A DNA stretch of 64,000 nt, taken from assembly GCA_051872635.1 (NCBI GenBank), contig JBJEEA010000004.1, positions 12,739 to 76,738 on the forward strand, in the 5' to 3' direction. A model generated the notes under the pieces. The model saw only the letters and a program-made list of their open reading frames with translations. It had not been told where the DNA came from and did no database searches. Positions 31,467-40,652 of the stretch are shown here, piece after piece. The stretch's first letter is position 1, and each line of letters opens with the position of its first letter. Position numbers and translations under genes: made by a program. Origin of the DNA: Bacilli bacterium (GTDB lineage Bacteria > Bacillota_I > Bacilli_A > RF39 > UBA660).

Positions 31467-31550
31467 TTACAGCGCATTATTTTCTTTTTCTATCTCTTCG
31501 ATAAGATATTTTAAAATAAGATCTTTAAAAGTTATATTATTTTCATTCAT
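31467..31550 (-). CDS. 27-aa micro-ORF upstream of the recombinase
   Basis: Manual: MNENNITFKDLILKYLIEEIEKENNAL*, preceded by AGGTG RBS. Confidence 0.5.
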   Translation of the reverse strand: MNENNITFKDLILKYLIEEIEKENNAL

Positions 31551-31664
31551 AGCAACACCTACTTAAAGTTATGTTGTTTTTATTTATTTTATTATTGTTT
31601 AAATCCATTTTATATTCCCCCTTTTATTCAATAAAAAAATCCCTATATTATTTTGATATAAGGA

Positions 31665-31832
31665 TTATTCTTCGTTTATAACTGAATCAATATTTTTTAT
31701 AATATATTCTATTAATAAAGTTTCCATTATAGATTGTATTGTAACTTTTTTGTTTTCTATCACTCTTTTAAGAGCCATTTTTTTATGGTCGTCAATTCTA
31801 AATTTAACTTGATTATTTTTTGCTAAAGCCAT
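31665..31832 (-). CDS. 55-aa ribbon-helix-helix-like DNA-binding protein
   Basis: Manual: MALAKNNQVKFRIDDHKKMALKRVIENKKVTIQSIMETLLIEYIIKNIDSVINEE*; RBS GAGAGGAG; beta-strand VKFRID followed by two helices. Confidence 0.65.
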   Translation of the reverse strand: MALAKNNQVKFRIDDHKKMALKRVIENKKVTIQSIMETLLIEYIIKNIDSVINEE

Positions 31833-32185
31833 TTTTCACTCTCCTCTCTAAAAAATTGGTCCCAAAGTATGCACGTTAATTTTTAAACACTATTTTAAGA
31901 AAAGGATTTTGATAAAGCAGGATAAACCTGTTTACAAACAACTCACCAGTGGTGAGTTTTACCTTATTTTATAAGTATTTATAAAATTAATTAGTGTTTA
32001 CACTTTTAATATTTGTTATACAATTGTATACTTTTGATTCCTTATATTATAAGGTATGTTATACAATCGTACACATTTTTTAAAATAACTTACTAAGGTT
32101 TTTGGTACTAAAAAAATATAAAAATACAATTAACACTTAGTACCAAACTTTTTATATTGAATTTAAAGGGGGATTTTTGAATATG

Positions 32186-32258
32186 AAAAAAAAGCACTGA
32201 CCTTTTCTGTAAGATCAATGCCATAAATACATCTAATTGCATTATTATTTCATATTCT
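32186..32258 (-). ncRNA. Candidate ~70-nt small RNA or attenuated leader inside the element
   Basis: TTGACT-N16-TACAAT promoter with TG extension (32264-32291), then GCATTGATCTT/AAGGTCAGTGC hairpin + T8; no ORF within. Confidence 0.35.
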
Positions 32259-32426
32259 ACTATATTGTATCACATGATTGTTGAAAGTCAATTAGTAATT
32301 AATGTCGTATCTATATGGATAAAAATGTTGTACAAAATCTTTCTAAACACTTATAAATACTACATTTCAGTAAATAGATACTTTAATAGTTTTTATATTA
32401 TCGACACATATATATAAATTTTTTAA

Positions 32427-33392
32427 TTATTTTTTAAATACAAGTTCCCTATGATAATATAAATATGCTTCACGCCCCTCGGTAGGAAGCATTCTTATTT
32501 TTTTGCCATTAAATATATCGAGTCTTTTTTGATTCATCGGTGAAATCCAAGGGGATACTAACATAGTTCCATCATTTTCAAAAGATATAAAACCTCTATC
32601 AAATAATTTATCATATGTTGGAGTTAACATAAATCCATTTTTTGGATCCGTCTTTTCAAAATTAGTAGATTTAGCCCACGGTTTTATATGAGATGCTATT
32701 AATAATCTTTCATCATTTACCATTGTTATTGGACAATAAGGACATTCATCTAATAATTTTTCTCTATATTTTCCTTGTCCAACACGAGATTTAATAATAC
32801 TTTCTCTTTCTGATGTAGTAATGTTTTCATCTTCTTCAATTTCAGCAATTTCTTCTTCATACAATAATTCTTTATTATATTCTACAAAAGGTCTAAAATA
32901 ATATAATAACTCTTCATCCTTCTGTAATTTTAAAATAGCCACATAAGAGATGTTAGGCAAAGAAATTTCTCTAATTAAATCATATGCAAGAGAGCGTGAA
33001 TTAATATAAATTCTAGGTGGTTTAACGTCTACCCTATAAATATTAAAATATAAAAAATCTTCCTCAAGATTATAAATTTTGTCATAATGATTAGAGAAAA
33101 TTTGAGGCATATTCGCTTTGTTTCTATATTCTTGATCAGGTCTTTTATATTCGTTTTCACTATCCATTAAATAACTAATTAAATCCTCTTTTTTTATAAC
33201 ACATTTTCCATCAAAATTTTCAAAGAAATCTAAAGTAGAACCATCTGTAGTTTGACCGACATAAAGTTTTGCTTCTCCATGGCCTGTACCGATTTTATTT
33301 GAATCTTTTACAAAACAATCAGGAATAGTAATACATTCTTTAGCGTCCAACACATTATATTCTGCTCCATCAATAATTATTTTATTATTCAT
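32427..33392 (-). CDS. HNH endonuclease (putative restriction enzyme)
   Basis: SRVGQGKYR..LL...CPIT...LIASHIKPW...NGFMLTPTYDKLFDRGFISF; overlaps the end of the methylase gene. Confidence 0.88.
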   Translation of the reverse strand: MNNKIIIDGAEYNVLDAKECITIPDCFVKDSNKIGTGHGEAKLYVGQTTDGSTLDFFENFDGKCVIKKEDLISYLMDSENEYKRPDQEYRNKANMPQIFSNHYDKIYNLEEDFLYFNIYRVDVKPPRIYINSRSLAYDLIREISLPNISYVAILKLQKDEELLYYFRPFVEYNKELLYEEEIAEIEEDENITTSERESIIKSRVGQGKYREKLLDECPYCPITMVNDERLLIASHIKPWAKSTNFEKTDPKNGFMLTPTYDKLFDRGFISFENDGTMLVSPWISPMNQKRLDIFNGKKIRMLPTEGREAYLYYHRELVFKK

Positions 33393-34599
33393 TTTCTTCA
33401 CCACCAAACATTGAAAGATCTAATTGTTTTAGTATCTCAATGAAATTATTAGATACAATACTATTACCAGCTTGTTTATACATCTGTGTATCACTAACAA
33501 CAATTTTAAATCTATCATCAAACCCCATTAATCTTAAGCACTCCCTAGGAGTCAACTTTCTAATTCTATTGTCTTTAGATATATAGTTATCAACACCTGC
33601 TCGATGCATTTTTCCCATTGTAGATAATAATGGTCTAGCTATATCTAAATCTATTTCGGGTTTAGAATAAAAATTTTTAGTCCCAGTTTTCATCACATAC
33701 TCTGTAACCTTATCTGATAAAAAATATTTATTATCAACTTCTTTTGGTCCTTCACAAATAAAATCACCATGCCAATTAAATTGTTGATTTGCTTTTTCAC
33801 ATAAAGCAATATCTCCATTAATTTGAGTAAATCTTTTTTGTAAATTTTTTTGATTTGTAACAAATGCTATCCCCTTATCATTCAAATAATATTTGGAATC
33901 TGGATTATCTTCTAATAAATCCTTCATAGTAATATCTAATTTCATAGGTTTAGGGAACGAAAATTTCACAGAATGATCCTTAAATCCTATAACAAATAAT
34001 CTTTCTCTATTTTGAGGTATACCATAATCTTTAGAATTCATTATTTGCTTATGTATTTTATATCCAAGTTTTTCAAATTCTTTTTGTATTTTCTCCCAAG
34101 TTTTACCACCATCATGATTTAATAGACCTTTTACATTCTCATATATAAACACTTTTGGTTTAATTTCATCTACTAATCTACAAAATTGAAATATAAGTAA
34201 TCCTCTAGCATCTTCTAGTCCTTTTCTCTTTCCAACCATAGAAAAAGATTGACATGGGCTACCACCAACAAATAAATCAACTTTATCTTTATAATCTGTA
34301 CCATCTAGTAATTTTATATCTAAATGAAAATCATCTTCATTTAGATCATAATTTGCCATATAACTTTTTTTTACATAATTTTGCTTTGAACTTTGTGATG
34401 AATATAATTCATCTACATACTTTTTTTTCTCTAGTTTAGATTTCATTTTCTTTATTTTATTTAATTCTTTTTCTTCATCATATTCAACAGGAATATCCCC
34501 ATTATCACAAGCAAATACAATTTGATGTGGAATTTCTAATCTATCTAAAGCATGTTCTATAGAACCAATGCCACTAAATACTGTTGCTACACGTATCAT
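33385..34599 (-). CDS. DNA (cytosine-5)-methyltransferase
   Basis: FSGIG (motif I), GGSPCQSFS (IV), ENVKG (VI), PQNRERLFVIG (VIII), RKLTPRECLRLMGF (IX), YKQAGNSI (X). Confidence 0.95.
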   Translation of the reverse strand: MIRVATVFSGIGSIEHALDRLEIPHQIVFACDNGDIPVEYDEEKELNKIKKMKSKLEKKKYVDELYSSQSSKQNYVKKSYMANYDLNEDDFHLDIKLLDGTDYKDKVDLFVGGSPCQSFSMVGKRKGLEDARGLLIFQFCRLVDEIKPKVFIYENVKGLLNHDGGKTWEKIQKEFEKLGYKIHKQIMNSKDYGIPQNRERLFVIGFKDHSVKFSFPKPMKLDITMKDLLEDNPDSKYYLNDKGIAFVTNQKNLQKRFTQINGDIALCEKANQQFNWHGDFICEGPKEVDNKYFLSDKVTEYVMKTGTKNFYSKPEIDLDIARPLLSTMGKMHRAGVDNYISKDNRIRKLTPRECLRLMGFDDRFKIVVSDTQMYKQAGNSIVSNNFIEILKQLDLSMFGGEENE

Positions 34600-34707
34600 A
34601 ATTACCTCCTTTTAAAACAACATAAATCTATGTTGATAACTGTATAACATAATTATAACATATAAAATTTTAAAAGTCTGGCATAAATCTAAATCTTTAG
34701 CAAAATT

Positions 34708-35628
34708 TTATAATTCTTTAGGACAATTAAATTTGTATTTAACATCATTAAATCCATATACCTTTTTGCAATCATGACAAATAACAGCTATAAAATCAGC
34801 ACCATTAATTCTATGTCCATCTCCCTTTTGTATTAAAATATTTTTAGAATTACATTTAGGACAAAATACTTCTTTTCCCATCACTTCATTTTGACTATAA
34901 GCATCTCTTACTATTTCATAACCATTTCTATCATACTTAGGATAAAATTCGTCTTTATTAAATATTTTAATTCTTCCAAACATAAACTCTAATTTATCAA
35001 TTTGTTTTTCAGTATGATAATGTCCACAATACCATTTATCATAATCTATAGATTGCTCTATTTTATCTAAAAACTTTTCCATACTTTTATCTACATGAGA
35101 TTGATCAATACCTTTTATAAATACTTCGGTAGGTTCATACTTTAATGGACAAGTATGTGATAAAACAATATCGATATGTTGTCCTTTATATTTATTTAAA
35201 ATATTATCAATTTCTTCTTTGCTAAGTTGTTCATCTTTAAACCATGGATGACCATATATTATTCTATAATTTTTATCAACGGAATAAGCACCACCAATTA
35301 CTAATACTTTTTTATTATCTATATCATACAATTCGCCATTTTTAGCAAATATTAAATTCGGATATTCTTCTTCAATAAATACTTTACCACCAAACATATC
35401 AATTTCTTTATATGTTAATATATTTTCCGGTCTTTCTTCATGATTACCTTGAACACAAAATAATTTTATATCATAACTATTTAATTGTTCTTTTAACATT
35501 TTATCTCTTTCATCTAAATAGTAATTAATTCCGGCATCACCTAATATAATTAACATATTACTTTTATTTTTTTCTATATCACGTAATCTATAAAATTCTC
35601 TATGCGTATCTCCTGTAATATAAATCAT
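34708..35628 (-). CDS. Calcineurin-like metallophosphoesterase with C-terminal Zn-ribbon
   Basis: ITGDTH, ILGDAG, VQGNHE, VLSHTCP and WYCGHYH; C-terminal CPKC...CHDC; start at ATG 35628. Confidence 0.88.
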   Translation of the reverse strand: MIYITGDTHREFYRLRDIEKNKSNMLIILGDAGINYYLDERDKMLKEQLNSYDIKLFCVQGNHEERPENILTYKEIDMFGGKVFIEEEYPNLIFAKNGELYDIDNKKVLVIGGAYSVDKNYRIIYGHPWFKDEQLSKEEIDNILNKYKGQHIDIVLSHTCPLKYEPTEVFIKGIDQSHVDKSMEKFLDKIEQSIDYDKWYCGHYHTEKQIDKLEFMFGRIKIFNKDEFYPKYDRNGYEIVRDAYSQNEVMGKEVFCPKCNSKNILIQKGDGHRINGADFIAVICHDCKKVYGFNDVKYKFNCPKEL

Positions 35629-35647
35629 TTTATCAACTCCTATAATA

Positions 35648-38600
35648 CTATCTTTTATTACAATGATATATAAATAATATATTCCCAAAATTTATATATG
35701 TTTTTTTGATAATTCTTTTAATTTTTACAAAATATATTTTCATTAAAACTTTGGATTCAATTTTGTTTTTTAAATAACTTACAAAATTACATTTGGATAT
35801 TTCAAGTATTCTATACTTCAAATTTCTATCAGCTAATCCTTCTCCGTAATCTTGAATTAAATTAGCATTATACCTATAAACTTTATCAGATTCTATTATT
35901 GCTATCCCTCTAAAATTAGGGATTAATATAGACTTTAATTCATCATTTATTCTAGTTCCAGTAACTTCTTCAATAGCAGTTCTTGAAATATTCATTTCAA
36001 ACTTTAAAATGTTTTTTTCTTTATATACACAATAGTTCATGAATCCTTGATAATTTAACCTCAAAATATTTTTATACATTTTTAAAAAATCTAGTAAATA
36101 TTTTATTGAATTACCATCTGATTTTTCCAAATAAACAATTTTATTTAAATTAATTTTTTTTAATTCAAATAATTTGATTAAAATTACTTCATTAATTATG
36201 GACAAATTATTATTTTTTTTAGAATACATTAACTTTATTAAAAAATAGTTCAATAAAATGTCATTTTTATCAAATGTTGACATATCCCATATTTTATTAA
36301 ATATTTTATAGTTTGGCAATCTTGAAAAATATATATTTACAACATTTTTATAAACTTTTTCTAATTCATTATCCTCCAATAGATATTTATAAAATTTACC
36401 TGATTTTCTTCCTATGTTAGGATTTAAATCATTTACTATATATTTTTTTAAAATCAATTTCGCTTTAGTTGGAGAAATTTCTAATGCTTTTTCGTAAATT
36501 TCATCATAATACATGTTTGAAACATTTCCCAAACTTTTATAGTATATGCCCACTAAAAGTTCAACTACAAGGTCACTATTTAAACTATTGTAATTAAAAT
36601 TATTCCTATTTAAAATATTGTAAATATAATTTAATTCATATGAATTTTCAATTTTTATGAAAGAATCATATATTATCTGTGGATTATCTAACTTTTTTAA
36701 ATTTTCTATAAAATTTTCATATTCTATAGACCTACAATCTACATGACTTTCATTAATATCATTTATCATTTCAACAAATGAGTTATATTTTAAAGAATTA
36801 GTATAATATTTTTCTGAATCATAAGTATTTAAATTAGATGGTTTTTCAATATATTTTAATATGGTTTTTTTCTTTTTAAAATTTTCTTCTATTATATTAT
36901 AATTCAAATTACTATGATTAGTTTTCAAAGTTTCTAAAACATTATTTTTAATAAAGGCATACTCTCTTTTATTAGAAAATTTTATACATGCTTTCAAAGG
37001 AGTTTGATTATCAGAAAATTGATATTCAACATTCATATTCATGAATTTCCAATAATTATATATTACTTTTAATTTTCTACTTTCTTTAGTATTTATATTA
37101 TCATATAAACTATAAAATAATTCATCACAATCCCTAATATAAAAATCCAACATTTCTAATGAACTAAAAAATACATTCATCGCATCAATAGCCGACACTT
37201 TTTCAGAGTATATTTTTATTAATTCATTAGGTATAAACCATACATCTTTTGCTCTATCCATTCTATCTATCGCATTATATGCAATAATAACTAATTGCAT
37301 AAATTTATCCAAACTTATTTGATTTGATGAAATTAATTTATATAAAATATCCTTTAATTCCCAAATTTGAATATCTCTATAACTTCCATAACTAAACATG
37401 CAATTTATTATATTATCAAAATAAATCTCAAAATTGTAACCGGAAATTAAACCCAAAATATAATTAGTTAAGTTATTCTCAAATTCTGATATATTACTCT
37501 GTTGATATTCAGTAGTTATTAATAAAGACTTTAAACAAGTTTCTGATAAAATTACTGAATACTGTTTAACATTACTGATTATTTGTGAATAAATAGTACC
37601 TAATAGAGAAACAATTCCATCATGATAGTTTTTTCCATTTCTTTCATTTAATATTTTTTGTTTAAAATGCATAAATTCTTCTATGATAAAATCTTTATTC
37701 TTACTTAAAACTATTAATCTACCAAGAAAATTTAATTCATCATTACTATATGCAGTGATATACCCTTCAAAATTCAATTTGTCAAAATTATAATTATTAA
37801 AAATTTTAATAAAATCTTCATCATTAGAATCATCTTTAATTAATAACTGTATAAACTCACATATAAACTTATATACCAATGGTGCTCCTGAAAAATAATC
37901 ATTCCAAGAAGAAATTATTGTATCTATAGTTTCTAAATCATTATTAAAAACATAGTTAATAAGTAATAATAAATTTTTGGTGGAAGAAATATATATTTCT
38001 TCAGTTATTATGTTATTTAATTCTTCTGTACTATATTTTTTTGTTATAGGAATAAGTATATTTTTTTCATAAAATATTTTAATAAAGTTATCACTTTTTC
38101 TTTTTAATAAATCATCTACAATTTTATATATTTTAGAATTAACATCCATGTTATTATTCGTTGATGATAAATCTAATATATTTTTATATTTCAAATATTC
38201 AAAAATAAGTATAATGCTATCTGGTGAATTTATAACATTTAACCTATTAATTTTTAATATTTTATTTTTTTCATAACTATTAAAATACTGATTGATAATT
38301 TCTTCATAATTCATTTCAAACTTGTTTCTTAAAAGAAAAACAATTATTTTTTGCATATATTCCCACTGTTGTTCAAAATTAGAATATTTAGAAAATCTTT
38401 TACTATAAATTAATTTTCTTATCAAATCATATTTTCCCAAATAAAATAACATATATATATAATTTTCAAATATATTTATATCAAAGTCATAGATGAAGGT
38501 ACTATAAATATCATGAAAATGTTCAAAATAATATAGCATTTGAAAATCTTGCTTTATTTGATAAATTTTATAATTATTTGATATAAAAGTATATACTTCA

Positions 38601-40504
38601 TTTTCAGAATAACCATTATTTATAATTGCTAACTTAATTTTTTCATAATCAAAATATTCATTATATTCTTCAATTTTATTTTTTTCTAATACTAATGAAG
38701 GATAATAATTAAATTTTTTTGGATTCATATACAAATCTTTTACTTTAAACCATCTCAAAACGTCATTTAATAGTTTATCTATATTTACTTTTTCAAATTC
38801 TAAAATATATCTTCTTAAACTTTCATGGAAAATAATATATTCATCTTTTTCATTCTTTAATAAGACATTTATAATACACTTAAATTCTTTTTCTATTTCA
38901 CTCTTTGAAACAGATGATATTTCATGTAATTCATTTATTGAAATTGGAAATTTAATAAGCGAAAAGTATAAATAAATATGAAATTGTTGTCCTTTAAAAA
39001 TTAAATCATAATACTCATTTAAATTTGTAATATTTTTTTCAAATACATTACCATTTATTATATAGTCAATTAACATATATTTTAATAATAATGGATTCCC
39101 ACTACTTTTTTCAAAAAAATCAATTTTATCTAAATCATCCAAATCGAAATTATAATTTTCAGAATATAATTTTACAAGTTCCTGAACTTGTAATTTATTT
39201 AAGTTACCTAATTCATATTTATTTTTTATGGGCATATTGTCTAATACTTGTGACAAAACAACAATTTTTATTTGTGGATTATTATTAGAAAACATTATTA
39301 TCTCATTTAATAATTCGTTAAGTTGAATATTGCTTGTTGATCTCTCACGCACAATATGATCTAATCCATCAATTATTATATAATGTTCATGTTTATCATC
39401 AATTAAGGTCAAATCACTCATTTTAAGATTAAATAAATTTATATTATAACCATGAAGCTTTTGTAAATTATAATTAAATGTAGTTATAAAACAATATTTA
39501 TTTAATCTAGTTTCAGCATATTCATCATCTAAATTAAAATAAAAATAATATGAACTGTTTTTTATATTTATACTTTCTAAATATTCTGAAAACTCTTTGG
39601 AAAACCAACTTTTTCCAACACCAGGCGCACCATAAACATGAAGTAAATTATTATCTTTTAACATTTCTAAAATATTTTCAATGTCTTGTTTTCTAGAAAT
39701 ATATTTATCTTTATCAATAATTAATTCATTATTAATTGGTATTGTATAATTAAATAATTTTATATTATTTAACCATTTTTCAGCTATTTCAGCAATTTTA
39801 ATCTTCTTATAATCATCTTCCGCTCTATATTCTCTAATTGTTTCTAACATATCTTTATAGATTACAGTTACAGGAATATTTGATATATCTCCAATGGCAT
39901 TTTCTATTTGCTCTATTACCACTTCTTTAATACTATTATCAACAACAGAATTACTGGTTATCTCAAAAGTAAAATTTTCTAAAAAATGTCTAATATCTTC
40001 TTTAGACAAATCTGAATAATCAATTTTTGAGTTTGGATTTTTTGATATCCTTTTTTCAAAAAAAAGTTCTATCATTTCTTTATTAATATTAAATTTATAT
40101 CTATTAGAATCTTTAAAAAATGATTCATCCTCAATTTTTGTAATCCATTTAGAAAGTTCATCCGATATATTCATTTCTTTCAAACTAATAATAAGACATA
40201 ATTCACTATCTTTATTATTTTTGTGACTTTTAACAAATTGATAAATGCTAAAATCTCCACTATAATTTGAAAAGTCATTCAAGTCTAATATTGTTTTCAT
40301 TTCCCTATATTTTATCTGAATTTCCTTAATATTGTCATTATTAATTATTTTCAAATCATCGAATTTATCAAAATTATTTTTCTTTTTATCTAGCACAACT
40401 TCCGTTAATACTTCATTACCACATAATAATTTATAAATTTCTCTAAATATAATATAAGACGTAAATGCATCTTGAAATATATATCCTCTTTCTTTATAAT
40501 TCAT
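35648..40504 (-). CDS. Nuclease-STAND (NACHT-like) ATPase, Avs-like candidate
   Basis: N-terminal GYIFQD...FDDL...EIQIK (PD-(D/E)xK, Cap4-like); Walker A YGAPGVGKS; Walker B IIIDGLDH; SSGNPLLLKY; over 1000 aa of helical C-terminal region. Confidence 0.78.
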   Translation of the reverse strand: MNYKERGYIFQDAFTSYIIFREIYKLLCGNEVLTEVVLDKKKNNFDKFDDLKIINNDNIKEIQIKYREMKTILDLNDFSNYSGDFSIYQFVKSHKNNKDSELCLIISLKEMNISDELSKWITKIEDESFFKDSNRYKFNINKEMIELFFEKRISKNPNSKIDYSDLSKEDIRHFLENFTFEITSNSVVDNSIKEVVIEQIENAIGDISNIPVTVIYKDMLETIREYRAEDDYKKIKIAEIAEKWLNNIKLFNYTIPINNELIIDKDKYISRKQDIENILEMLKDNNLLHVYGAPGVGKSWFSKEFSEYLESINIKNSSYYFYFNLDDEYAETRLNKYCFITTFNYNLQKLHGYNINLFNLKMSDLTLIDDKHEHYIIIDGLDHIVRERSTSNIQLNELLNEIIMFSNNNPQIKIVVLSQVLDNMPIKNKYELGNLNKLQVQELVKLYSENYNFDLDDLDKIDFFEKSSGNPLLLKYMLIDYIINGNVFEKNITNLNEYYDLIFKGQQFHIYLYFSLIKFPISINELHEISSVSKSEIEKEFKCIINVLLKNEKDEYIIFHESLRRYILEFEKVNIDKLLNDVLRWFKVKDLYMNPKKFNYYPSLVLEKNKIEEYNEYFDYEKIKLAIINNGYSENEVYTFISNNYKIYQIKQDFQMLYYFEHFHDIYSTFIYDFDINIFENYIYMLFYLGKYDLIRKLIYSKRFSKYSNFEQQWEYMQKIIVFLLRNKFEMNYEEIINQYFNSYEKNKILKINRLNVINSPDSIILIFEYLKYKNILDLSSTNNNMDVNSKIYKIVDDLLKRKSDNFIKIFYEKNILIPITKKYSTEELNNIITEEIYISSTKNLLLLINYVFNNDLETIDTIISSWNDYFSGAPLVYKFICEFIQLLIKDDSNDEDFIKIFNNYNFDKLNFEGYITAYSNDELNFLGRLIVLSKNKDFIIEEFMHFKQKILNERNGKNYHDGIVSLLGTIYSQIISNVKQYSVILSETCLKSLLITTEYQQSNISEFENNLTNYILGLISGYNFEIYFDNIINCMFSYGSYRDIQIWELKDILYKLISSNQISLDKFMQLVIIAYNAIDRMDRAKDVWFIPNELIKIYSEKVSAIDAMNVFFSSLEMLDFYIRDCDELFYSLYDNINTKESRKLKVIYNYWKFMNMNVEYQFSDNQTPLKACIKFSNKREYAFIKNNVLETLKTNHSNLNYNIIEENFKKKKTILKYIEKPSNLNTYDSEKYYTNSLKYNSFVEMINDINESHVDCRSIEYENFIENLKKLDNPQIIYDSFIKIENSYELNYIYNILNRNNFNYNSLNSDLVVELLVGIYYKSLGNVSNMYYDEIYEKALEISPTKAKLILKKYIVNDLNPNIGRKSGKFYKYLLEDNELEKVYKNVVNIYFSRLPNYKIFNKIWDMSTFDKNDILLNYFLIKLMYSKKNNNLSIINEVILIKLFELKKINLNKIVYLEKSDGNSIKYLLDFLKMYKNILRLNYQGFMNYCVYKEKNILKFEMNISRTAIEEVTGTRINDELKSILIPNFRGIAIIESDKVYRYNANLIQDYGEGLADRNLKYRILEISKCNFVSYLKNKIESKVLMKIYFVKIKRIIKKTYINFGNILFIYHCNKR

Positions 40505-40652
40505 AAACAATCACCACTACTTCTAAAAAAGAGCAATATTAACCCTAAATCCAAGATTAAATACTGCTCATCTCTTTTATAATTATAACATATATTCCCA
40601 CTGTTTTTTAATTTTATCTATATTTTATAAACAAAACTTAAATTTACTCATC

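Noticed and set aside
32183-32200. Plus-strand mini-ORF MKKKH after a GGGGG RBS-like run
   Set aside because: Five codons overlapping the A-run of a minus-strand terminator; no other support.
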